From NCBI GenBank assembly GCA_965644295.1, contig CBFFRP010000463.1:72992-136991 (forward strand): a DNA stretch of 64,000 nucleotides. Reading direction: 5' to 3'. The translations under genes and the position numbers were made by a program. Under the pieces are notes generated by a model. The model saw nothing but the letters and a program-made list of their open reading frames with translations, was not told where the DNA came from and ran no database searches. Source of the DNA: Paraphysomonas bandaiensis (taxonomy: Eukaryota > Protista > Chrysophyceae). Positions 28,957-40,555 of the stretch are shown in pieces. The number at the start of each line of letters is the position of its first letter. Within the stretch, counting starts at the first letter, position 1.

Positions 28957-29330
28957 CTAACGAGTTACAGAACTATAATAATCGATACTATTTGTATCTA
29001 TCGAACAAATACTACAATACGCATGGAATGTATTTTGCGAACCACTGCCGAACGCGAATGAGCTACACTTTCCTCTTTCGCCTAGATGCCCTCCACTACC
29101 ATGCTGATGTGGCCATATCCTATCTTTAATCTGCGAATTGAATACATCACATGCTGCAAACATCTTACCGTAGTCGGAGCACACAGGCACAGAATAGGTG
29201 GTAGACTTCGTGAAAGTGATCTATGATAAGCATTGTACAAGGCGGTATATTTCTTGCCATCCTTGGTATAAGAATGAACTATGAGTTCTTTACGCTGTTG
29301 ATCCCACACTCCAACGATACACTTGTACAA
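28957..29330 (-). pseudogene. piggyBac-like transposase remnant
   Basis: Broken ORF with DYGKMFAACDVFNSQIKDRIWP, resembling the C-terminal YNxxMGxVDxxDQ catalytic block of piggyBac-type DDD transposases. Confidence 0.35.
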
Positions 29331-29861
29331 AGAAACCTGTATTATGCGACTTGTACAATATACCGCTAAAATAACTTAAGTGATGTGTGTTGGGTTCTGC
29401 TGTTTAAGCAAGTAAAAGCTGTAATTATAAGGTATTGGAATTATGACAGTTACTCGAAGAATACAGTAGTGATTAACAGTAGAATGAGAAGTAATGAGTA
29501 CTGAATATATATTGACCATACAAGAATATAGTGACGATGTAAGATCGTACTAGAAATGAGTGGTAGTAGCATATTGCTTATTATAGTTAGTATGCTTTTT
29601 ATAATATTAACATGATCAATGAGTGAATATACGTTCAGTTAACTTAGTAAATCATCCAATTGTGTCATAACTTGACAATGTGGTGTATCCATGTGAGGTG
29701 AATAGTAAGCTGTCTCTTCATCTCTGATACACTTGTACGGTGCCAATATATATGAGCTGAAAGAGTGAATTAGAAGTCATTCAATAAATTTAAATCCGAC
29801 AGATGATAATAAAATTTGCCTTTATAGTGGATGCATAGCACACAACTGGACTCCTCAGATA

Positions 29862-30294
29862 TCACCTTTGCCCAATAGATACATAACCAAAAATATTCTT
29901 AGATTTTCGTGGTAGGAATCGTCAGTATTGTTGACTGGCTGATACTTCTCCATGAAGAACCGTGGCAGCTTCCCATCCCCACCTGGGGTTGTAAAGAAAG
30001 GAACGAGCTGCATCGGCATTCGCAGTCTGAATAATAGTCTCGGCCTGATGAGGGTCAGTAATGAGACCCACTACCACAGTCACTAATCGTGTTTGATCCT
30101 TTATTACCTTAGCAAACGGGATCTGGTAATTAGCTTCTACTTTAATCTGTTGCTTTGGTGATATACCACCCGAAGAAACATATATATAATCACAGTCTCG
30201 GTCACGCAGCTCTCCAGCAAGTTCCACTGATTGTTACAATGTCCATCCTTCGCCTTGTTCCTCCAACCAATCTGTGGCTGAAATTCTCAACCCC
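29862..30294 (-). pseudogene. C-terminal fragment of an NADH:flavin oxidoreductase (Old Yellow Enzyme, YqjM/NamA-like)
   Basis: GLRISATDWLEEQGEGWTL*QSVELA...DYIYVSSGG...YQIPFAKVIK...VGLITDPHQAETII...ARSFLYNPRWGWEAA...QQY*RF...IGQR*. Internal stops, no introns, N-terminal half missing. Confidence 0.85.
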
Positions 30295-31073
30295 AAAATA
30301 CCTGAATAAGATTCACGGACCGCTTTGCTGCATTCTGAGCGCGTACTTAGGTAGATCCGGGTGGTGGGCGGGTGGGTACCTAACTAATACTTGATTAAGT
30401 TCAATACGTTATTTGATAGCTACCTACTGAACCCAACTAGCTACATCATTATCACATGGTATTTAGCGGCTGAATATACAGTGAGAACCCGTGAGAACCC
30501 GAGTGGGGAACCGCTGAACTGAGCAATGTGAACATAGGTAGAGGTGCGCGGTCGCAATACTCAGCAGCACTCACTATAGGGCCGCACGCAGTGATTAGTT
30601 ACGCTGTCAATATGGGGCAGTAAGGTACTAACAAGCCACAAGTTGATTATAAGGATTATGGCATGATGATGATAAGGCAGGGCGGATCTAGATAAGATAC
30701 GGACCCGGATATCCAACACCCCGTAAATAATCAGCTGTGTATTTTGAAATGTGGTGTACCTAGACACAGCAGTACCATGGAGTACACACGTACACATTTG
30801 TAGACTGCTGCTGTACTGCTGTATATCATGCCTCTTCACACTCATATGTACTCTACTAGAAGTTTAAAAAAGTACTGACTAGAAATCGCATACTATCCCT
30901 ATGAAAGAAGTAGCATCAACTACCATCACACTGCACTTCTAAGATCATCATCATGACACGAATGATACTCATACATATCAGATTATCATTTCAGTAGATA
31001 TCTGTGTATATATAGAGAACACACTGTCATCTGATTACTTTCAGTCTCTCAACTGCTCTTACGATCCCTAGAA

Positions 31074-34000
31074 ATGACATCCAAACAAGAAATGGAGACT
31101 GCTACACTGGCATATGCTCAGTATCTGGGAGTGGATCTTGATAGTGAACCAGAGTTAGTACATATTGCCAGAGAGGCTCTCAAAGATCTTCCCAGTGGAT
31201 GGGAGGTGTGTATCAGTGAGGAAGGAGATTCTGCTTGTATTCCATTCTTTCATAATATATATACTGAAGAGAGTGTATGGAATCACCCACAAGAGGAAGT
31301 GTATCTGAGGAAAGTCAAAGAAGAACGCCGATATTTGAAGAAAAATAAGCGTGAAAATGAGTATGAGAAGGAGAATGCAACAAAAAACCATAGTGGGCAT
31401 AGGAATGATAGATCTCATTCAATTTCCAAAAGCAGTGATCATCCAGAAGATATCATTGACGTGGAGGACTTCGAGAACGATTCATTCAATGGGAACGGAG
31501 ATGACAGACATGGTTTTGGAGGCAACTCGAGGGATTCTGGTTATGCAAAGGAAAAAAGTAATAACACTCGTGCAAGGAGAAGAAGTGGAAGCCACTCGGA
31601 TATGGAACGATCGAAAGACCATAGCAGAGATATAGAACTTGATAATGGCTCGAGGAGTCCGATTTTTGGCGATAACTGGCTAGACGAAAGTGCGGCAAAC
31701 CCAAAGTACCCTGACTCGGGAAGAATAGATGGGCGCGGACGAGTCGCGGAGAGGGAAAGGCATGATCGAGGACTTGATATGAGTAGGGAGTTGGGGAAAG
31801 ATGGGAACTATGATATTCGTGATGAAGGGGGGCGTGGATGGAACACAGACGGTAGAGAGAGAAACAGCAGGGACAGAGAGAGAGAGAATCGCAGCAGAGA
31901 TGAGAGAGAGCGGAACCGGGGATGGGATCAAGGTGTGGTAGATGACTGGAGGGGCGAGCAGTGGGAGGGATCGGGAGGAGACCGGAGGGATGACAGTCGG
32001 GATTTCGAAGGGGGTAAGACTCGATTATGGGAACGTGATTCAGAATCTCCGGTTGGTAGGCAGTCTGCTGCTGATGTACGTGGACAGCGTAAATCGGCTG
32101 CGTATGAAAGTAAACCAGAGAGAGACTACCGGGATAACTTACGGGGAGGCAGTCCTGTGGAAGATTACCGAGATAAAGCGTCTTCTGGAGGTAAGGCAAA
32201 CGGACCAAACCATTCTGCCCCACTGTGGGTTAATACCGCCGAGGCCACAAGTGGAGAAGGCAGCGGTTGGCCCAGTAACTCTGGTGAGATTTTTTATTCA
32301 CATCTGCTACCTATTATAGGCGGCTCATGTTTTTCTTAGGGCTTAATACGGGTGTGAGCACGACTGGTACGGGTCTCGAGAGCACCAGTCGGTTGCACTC
32401 GGAAGTGAAGCGACTGCAAGATGAAATCGTTAATTTGCGCTCCCAACATAAAATGGAAGTGCAGGAAATGAACTTGGTTGCGGAGAGCCTTCGCTCCTCT
32501 CTGCACGTCAGCGAAGAGGCCCTGCATACAGAGCGGTCGTTGAAGAAGAAGAGTGAAGACCTCGTGCGTGAGCTTCAGAGTCAGCTGGAGAGTATGCGCC
32601 TTGATGCTCAAACTGCGTCGTCATCCGCGTCTGTTGCATCTGAGGAGGCGGTGAGTAAAGTGGAGAGAGTATGCTGATTGCAGTTTTCATACTTTTTATA
32701 TTCGCAGAAACGCCTGGAGATAGAGCGGGTGTCGACCCGTATTACAGAGGAGTGGAAAGACAAGCTACGGAATGCTACTCAGAATCACCAGAGTGAATTG
32801 GAGGCAGAGCATGAAGTCGTGCGAGTATTGAAACAAAGGTTAGCCGAAGAGGAAGATAAAGTGCGCGCAACACAGCGGCAGCTAGTGGTAGTGCGCGAGG
32901 AGATGCGTATAGAGGCGTCACAAGAGGCGGAAAAGCTGAAGAACGATCTCGGTACTGTGTTGTCGTTCGTATTATTGCTGTCAGTAATATGGATGTTTTA
33001 TGTGTAGTTGAGACAGAGAGTCGACTGAAGACTCAGGGACATGAGCTGCAGCGCGTGAAGGAGGAATATACATCCATGGCCTCTCGTGCAGCAAGTGCAT
33101 TGCAACAAGCTCAAGCTGCCAAGGCTGAGATGGAGGCACTCCGCGCAGAGACCACGGCAATTGCATCCGATGGGCATACGAGTCATGCCGCACTAATGCA
33201 GGCCCTGCAGCGCATACAGCAATACGAGAGTGAGGTTAGATTGGTGGAAATGATCTCGCGCTTGCTTATCGTTCGTGCTGTTCAGATTGTTCGTGTCAAG
33301 GCAGAAAAGAATGCCATTCAGCAGGAGCTTGATACTCAGTTTGCTGAGCTTCGGAAGTATCAGGACGCTAGCATCAGCAAGGACGGAAAGGTTCAAATGA
33401 CTGATTTAGAACTTAAGCGCACAAGGACGCAATTTCAGGTTGGTTGTGTATGGCTTTCTGGCTATGCATATGTGTGTGACTGTTTTTTTCTGCTTCAGTC
33501 GGAGTTGTCGCGATTAAAGTCGCGGGTGGCTGAGCTAGAGGGCACAAACGTCGTGCTTCAGGACCAATTGGATAGGACTGTGGCCTCTGAGTCTAACGAA
33601 AGTCGAGAAATTCAACGTCAACTCGACCGGAGTGAGCACGAAGTCAGTCGGCTACAGGGACGCCTTCAGGACAGTGAAGAGCGTGTACGTGACGTACAGA
33701 ATCGGTGCCAATCTTTGGAAAAAGAACTTCTGTCGCTACAGGATACCATATTTAAGAGGGACCGAACTGTCAAAGACCTGAACGCGAAGGCAGAGGTGTT
33801 AGCGAGTCAAAAAGAGGAACTTAGGTTTTCGATGGAGGCCGAGTTGGAGGCCGTGAAACAGGAGCTCAGAGCTGAGAAACAAAATGCTGATGAAGTCACA
33901 CGCCGGTACCAAAAAGAGTTTTCTGACATGCGAAAGGATGTGGAAAGTCGTATTCCGCAGCTGACAGCGGATGTTGCAGAACAAGCCGAGTCGCACTACA

Positions 34001-34911
34001 GGGATCAGTTGCAGACAGAACTTAGGGCGCTGGGTTTGAAGCACCAGCGACAAATTGAGAGCTTGAAGCAAGAGATGATTCATATGCAAACCTCTCATAG
34101 TGAGGCAATTGCTAGATACAAGGCAAGTGCCTCTGAGGAAAAGATCGAGCTCGAGCGGCTGCGGCAGAAGTGTCAGCTGCTGGAGTCCAGAAATAGAGAT
34201 ATGGAGGTTCTTGTTGATAACCTACGCCAGAAGGAGCATCATAGTCTGATACAGCATAACACAATTCCAGTACTTGGCACTACTTATCGTCAGGATATCA
34301 GCACATACGACGATCCGCATGGTCCAGTTGCTAGAGCAGGTGCTGCTGATGACGCTGCAGTTGCCTCTGTATCGAGCCAACTTGCAGAAATGCGTAAACA
34401 GCTCTCTGAGTCTCTCGCGTTGACAAGACAGTCTCAAACACGACGAGAGCGGATGCAAAGTTCTCGTCCAGCATATATAGAGGAATCATCTGACCCAGAT
34501 GACAGTTTGACCTCATCCCGGGCTGCACAAAAGACTAGATCTGCACCGGGAAGGAATATCCGCAAAGGAAATGCTGGTGTAGGTGGGACCTCTCCTCCCC
34601 CTGCTACAATAAAGCGCACAGCCTATTCTCCTGAAGTACTCTTTAACTCCCCCCCATATAAGTCAGCAGCAGTCATCGATCACTCCTCTGTGCAACAGCC
34701 AGCCATGCCCCACAAAAGCGATTTGAATTCATTGTATGCGTCCGTGGACCAGTCTTATCGCTTGTCTTATGAGCAGGACTATTCTGCAATTAGACTGCCG
34801 AACTCACCTGACGGTCTTCCGATTAGTGACCAAGATTTTTCATCTATACAAGATGGTGGGTTTCATGAAGGATATTGGAAAGCCAAATATCTTCGAAGTC
34901 AAAATTTATAA
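31074..34911 (+). CDS. CEP164-like WW-domain coiled-coil protein (multi-exon)
   Basis: The N-terminus YAQYLGVDLDSEPELVHIAREALKDLPSGWE...PFFHNIYTEESVWNHP has the CEP164-type helical-bundle plus WW arrangement. An R/D/G-rich linker and long coiled coils follow. Confidence 0.7.
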
Positions 34912-35467
34912 TTCTGAACCAGTAGTTCTAAATGCCGAAGATGGAGTGTTACTTTTGCATAAAGTATGAGGTTAAGTGTTGTGCGGAAATGACTAATATA
35001 TTGCTGTAACGATAATATTATTTATTTTATATTCAAACGAATATTGGATCGATAGGGATGAATAATTCCTTGTGAATTATTTCTTCACTATTTAGTGGTT
35101 TTAAGATATGGTGTACTGTATTCGTAACCCAATTGTGAATTCTTGTGGGTTGCTCGTTGAGATTCGGGCACATGTATAGTGTACTTGTATGCCTTGTCCT
35201 AGCTCGGCGATGTCATAGACCATATACTTTATCACCATCATAATCTGATTATCATGGGCTGTATCCCTTAAATAGGCAGGTTGGAGCAACATTTTATATG
35301 AAGCCGCTTTCTATACGTGATGTCCTTCATGACAGCTGCTGAGTTCTGCAGTATGATGTAGTTAGATAATGTATACAATTGAATAAGTAGTTAGATAAAG
35401 ACTAGTCAAGCTAGGTCGACCGCTACCTGTAACTAACTGGCACGAATTCTCATATCCTTCTATATTA

Positions 35468-35640
35468 TTGAATGTCTAATTATTTAGCAATAGGCGTTGA
35501 AAGCCTGCACCAATTAGTGGCTAGAAGAATGCTAGACAAACTATTTAGACCTCTACCCGTAACTAATCAATACAAACTCTTTATCCTACTATTTAACGCT
35601 ACAGAAGCTGCTTGTGCGTCGCCGCAAGCACCAGGGTGCG
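35468..35640 (+). repeat. Terminal fragment of the 7302-8059 element family
   Basis: TGAATGTCTAATTATTTAGCAATAG and ACGCTACAGAAGCTGCTTGTGCGTCGCCGCAAGCACCA match 7307-7330 and 7408-7447. Confidence 0.6.
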
Positions 35641-36386
35641 ACCACTTCCATTCTTAGTGTGTGTTATGAGGCTCGCCATGATCGTCCTGGGACTCACCGG
35701 CGCGTGTGATTTGGAGGTCTCCCCTTGGGATGAGACTCCACTCGCTATATGATAGATGGGTATGTAGGGGACACGTTGTGCAACGTACAGCATGACAAGT
35801 GAAAGCAGTGATCTAAGTCTACTACAACACTGGAAAGCTGAAGACTACACATACATTGTGTGCAATTTGCATCGGGGACTGCCTTATGTACCTCACGGCA
35901 ACCAGGGAAAACAGTACTATTTCCTGCTGAGATTGGCAATCTGGTGGCCTTCCTTTAGGCATTATGCCAAGTGGCTCGGAGGTATGTGGATGAAGGTCTT
36001 GCAATAATTTCATATCCTTCTATGTAGCACTACAGAAGAATTATAATTTCTAACTTGTAAGTGGATTGTGTTCAACAAAACGTGGTTAACGTTTAAGTGT
36101 AGAGCAAGGTTAAATTCAGCAAATGTCCAATTCTTACTTCAGTGGTACGTATGTATCGATAATAGCCAGGATTGTACTTGCTATTAAATTGCATGGAATA
36201 TACGTAATAATAGCGATTTAATTGCTCGCTGAAAGGTTGCAATTAAACTGCAATTAAATAGCAATTATTTAGTATATAGTATAAGGACATAATATTAGAA
36301 TTAGAACTTGCAAAACATTAAGGATGATGGCCATTTATTGCCCTTAATGACCATATGACCATATGACCACCACCCTTATTTACATT

Positions 36387-36524
36387 CACTACTTGCTGTT
36401 CACTACTAATTATTGAAAGCCAATTACTTGTTACTTGCTATACGCAACCCTGTATCACGTAGTGCTTTTATGCTATTAATAACAAGTAATTGGTTTTCAA
36501 TAATTATTGCAACAGCAAGTAGTG
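36387..36524. mobile_element. CACTA-type miniature inverted-repeat element (MITE, 138 bp)
   Basis: Ends CACTACTTGCTGTT...AACAGCAAGTAGTG with ~45-bp inverted arms and a 3-bp TSD ATT at 36384-36386 and 36525-36527. Confidence 0.8.
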
Positions 36525-36932
36525 ATTGCAATTTAGTTGAGAACAACCTGCGCCAGTTAATTGTTACACAACCCTGCTGATATGATATCACAATGTATAA
36601 TAGCTACAGCTATCCACTATCCAAAGTTGTGTATACGTGTCTCTAACATAAAAAGACACAAATGCAATCTTAACGAGAGTATACGAAAGAATTTTAACAA
36701 ATTTCATTCAACTCTAAACTGTCGCACTGTCGAATTTCCTTATTACTCCTTATTCATAGTATGTGGAAAAGATTTTAGTCACTATTTTAGCACACAGGGA
36801 GAGAGTAATCGTAACACAATTAATCACATATCACAGAGAACTTAGTAAACACGTCAGAGCCAGTACTTTAATCTGTTAAAAGCACAGCTGATACGATTTG
36901 GAGCACAATACTATTCGTAATCTGCCCATTGC

Positions 36933-37859
36933 TTAGGAGACGTAGTGTCTCGTGATAGCCTTTGGGAGAACAGCTGTGCCGCCCTTTGGGTTAGGAACAA
37001 CACAATTTTTCTTAAAAGCTTCCCACGATATTACACCTGTGTTGTCGTCATCAAAGTAGGCAAAGAGAGCCAGTGCTTGGCAATCATCCAGATGGCAATT
37101 GCTCCGGTCCAGGAATTGGCGAAATTCAAACTCATCCAGAAACTTGCTATCATTGAAATCAAAATAATCAAATATTTTTTGTAATCGAATTATTTGCTGA
37201 GCATAGGATGTCACACGCTCGGAAAGCTTGCTCTGGATTACTCGAAGTAGCCCTTCTTGTTTTTGGCCACGTGCATGGAGTTGTGCCACAGCTTCAGCAT
37301 ACCGCTCCATTCGGCTTTCCAAGGAAGCATTGTTCCCTTTGGTAGAGTTCAAGAATTTCATGTGGCCAGCATGCAACTTTTTCCCATCAGAATCCCCATT
37401 GGTCGACTTAGAGCGGTATTTACATGTCGGCAAATTCTCATTCCCCACATATATGGACTTCTGCTTGTCTTTAATAGGTGAAAACAACTCAATACCCAAA
37501 CCCACTGGGGATCCACAAACATCAATAGATCCAGGGATATGACCCGTATATCCCCTAACGATATATTTGGGTGTCGTAATACGTTTTTCTTCATATGTAT
37601 CTGTTTCTTTTGGTCTGTATCCAGTATATCCTAATGTTGCACTGCCATATCTTGATGTAGGACGACTCCGTGTCTCTTCCCATGGATCATTGGCGAGAGA
37701 TAATCGACTTCTAGTCTCTCTAGCACTTCGAAATGCTTGAATAGATGATTTTCTGATATCTACTTTAGGTAAATCAAATGTCTTACGGCGTGATCCAGTG
37801 TCCACTGCTGTTTGGTTACTATCATTCACACCAGACCCATTTCGATAAAGACTATTCAT
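36933..37859 (-). CDS. EF-hand protein with GYTG(Y/H)xP repeats, probable ciliary microtubule inner protein
   Basis: LGYTGYRP and RGYTGHIPG motifs (FAM166/PYG-like). C-terminal EF-hands DFNDSKFLDEFEF and DDDNTGVISWEAF. Confidence 0.6.
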   Translation of the reverse strand: MNSLYRNGSGVNDSNQTAVDTGSRRKTFDLPKVDIRKSSIQAFRSARETRSRLSLANDPWEETRSRPTSRYGSATLGYTGYRPKETDTYEEKRITTPKYIVRGYTGHIPGSIDVCGSPVGLGIELFSPIKDKQKSIYVGNENLPTCKYRSKSTNGDSDGKKLHAGHMKFLNSTKGNNASLESRMERYAEAVAQLHARGQKQEGLLRVIQSKLSERVTSYAQQIIRLQKIFDYFDFNDSKFLDEFEFRQFLDRSNCHLDDCQALALFAYFDDDNTGVISWEAFKKNCVVPNPKGGTAVLPKAITRHYVS

Positions 37860-38459
37860 TGTAGATCTTTATAATGGGTTATAGATACAAGTATGTAAGT
37901 ATTGTATGATATGTTGAACGGTTAAGTAGATGTTTGGCTCTCTCTATATGCATATATAGACGCGACTGTTATGTGGTTGGATACTCCGCTAAATATTCAT
38001 ACATACATACATACATACATACATATCCATACATACATATACCAGTGTAGGAGATAGAGGTATGATGGGTGTACGTGCCGTTACTGTATCTCCTGGATGA
38101 AGATGGGTACAGTACGTACTCCATCCATTCCAATTTTTCTAATCGCCAAATCATAACTGAAATATATGCATCGCAGACAAAAATACGGTCTACTCGTTAA
38201 CGGATGCTACACATGGACAGACTACCCCCATAACATACTACCATAGGCAGTCAGCATCTTATTTTTTCGGAAATAAATTGAAGCAAAATTCTTCTATATT
38301 ACTGAAATACAACTACGGCTAGAATACAGATAATTATTGTCTCAATATATGAGGCATCTTTGAACAAAAATATACAAAGGATGCCGATATCCATACATAA
38401 CAATGTGTCCTTTTCGTATCTTAACATCCTCTATCTACAATCTCATTCTCTTCGCACCC

Positions 38460-40060
38460 CTGTGATGTGTTTATACGTTTCCAACGATACGACCATATCA
38501 AATGGCGAAACAAATTACCCTACAGGGGTTTAGTCAAGACATCTGCCAGCATTTCCCCTGTAGGTAAGTAACTCCAGCTCGATGCAATCACTATCATGCT
38601 GTTCTTTGATTAATGCTGCCTTACACGCAGATATTTCGATCTGTATCTGCCTCCTCCCTTTGTCACGAGGCTGAGGTTTGACATATTGTCCTGAAATACA
38701 ACAGGTGGGTCAAGCGCATTACCCTGATCACAAATGAACTCATGTAACTTCAACGCATTTGACATCATATCTGACAGGCCAACCAGGTCGGATTCTGTCG
38801 AGTCTTTGGTTACTAAACGCTGCTTCGTTGATCGACAGAGTATGGTGGCCCCTCCAATTGCACGACGACACCTGTGTGTCCTTTACCGTCTTCGTGGGTG
38901 GCGAACAACGCGTCGATGAAGCTTCTTACCCGCAGTTATTCTCCAATCCTCATTTGCAGGTCTTGATTCCTTGTTTGCACGATGTACTTCAGCACTCGAT
39001 CAAGCTTCTGCTGATCTCCTTGATTATGTTTCGTTACCCTAGTTGTCAGGTACGACACTGCTAATAATACGTCCGGTCTCACTCTAATTGCCAGATACGA
39101 TAGTTTACCAACAGTCGAGTGGAAAGATCCTGCTTCGCTCCTGCCTAGCAGTAGATGCTCCGCTGTGTCAAACAGTGTTGATGTGGCTGGCGACGCAGCT
39201 CTTCCCGTCACGTGAGACTCTTCCAGTACGCTATCAAGGTAGGCCCGCATTGACACTGTCGCCATGCCATCTCTCAATTTTATGTGCATGCCTTGATACG
39301 ATAAGTCTGTACCATCGTTACACTTGACCTCACCATATTGTCTTTTCAACTGTTCCACCAACTACACTGTGTCATCCTTGTCCTGCGACATTACTAACAA
39401 GTCGTCCACATATAGGGTTACCGTGCATTGGTTGCCATTTGCCGTCCGGTTTAAAACGCATTGGTCCACCTAGTTGGCCACGAACCCTAGACTTTCCAGG
39501 TAAGCTCTGATGGTGTTGTACCATAATTTGGCGCACCAGAAGTCTCCCCCTCTCGTCTATATATGGTTGGATGGTGGTGTCCAGTTTCTTCAGTATCGTT
39601 GTCAGCATTGGCTCCAGTTCCATTATTACCTCCTTGCCGGTCATCTTTGCGTTGAGGTAAGCACCACCTATATCTATTGTTGATACGTTTCTCCCTTCCT
39701 TAGCCGCAATAGCTAGACATGCAAACACTGACTGTATGTCCACAGTGGGAGACGATGTGTCCTTGTACAGTTTCCGGTCCAGCTGCGCTCCGTTCGCCAC
39801 TAATCAGGCCTTTATCTTCTCGAATCTTCCCAGGCCTTAATATTTCGTCTTCAGGAACATGAGTGATCTTATTGTTCGCTTTAGCTGTGACTTTGACAAT
39901 TCGCTCTTGCTCACCGGAGTGATGGCTTTCTTGTTGTGCAAAAGCTGCTTCAGCTCTTTTACTATGGCCAGGTCCGCCTCCTTGCCGTGTTCTTGTAAAC
40001 CTTGTGTAACGGTCGTGTGGTAGGCTTTGTACATAACAGGCTTTCTCATTGCGCCTGCAG
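38460..40060 (-). mobile_element. Degenerate Ty1/copia RT-RNase H remnant
   Basis: KELKQL, IRSLMFLK, KA*LVANG, TSSPTV, IDIGGAYLNA, YVDDLL, RPDVLLAVSYL, STKQRLVTKDSTES, MLADVLTKPL; contains stops and frameshifts. Confidence 0.9.
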
Positions 40061-40555
40061 CTCTCCTTCCTTCGGTTGATGGCAGTATCGCGAACGAATG
40101 TACTCCTTTTGTCCTGTTCACCACCCCTGTAATTTCTAATTATGTACAAAGCCTACCACACGACCGTTACACAAAGTTTAAAAGAACACCATTCTACGGG
40201 TATATGCTTAGATGTCTGAGCATATACCCGTAGAATGGCGTTCTGTTGTTTTCCATCTCTTTTATCATTCTCGCTCTGGCCTTTGAATAAATCACAGCAC
40301 TTAAATGAAGAAGCTAGTTCTTTTCATGTGTACCATACTTGGTAATACGGCTCGATTTTACGCCAAAACACAGGGACAACGGTTCGATAGGTTTCAGTGC
40401 CTACTATTTTATACATTACAATTGTCTGTAATGAACTTAACTTTTATGTTGTAAAATTAATAATATTATTATGTCTGAGTCACCTTCACAATTCCTTAGC
40501 ATAACACAACATGCCGTAAGTCACATTACTAATGATATTATTACGAGATTCTATC

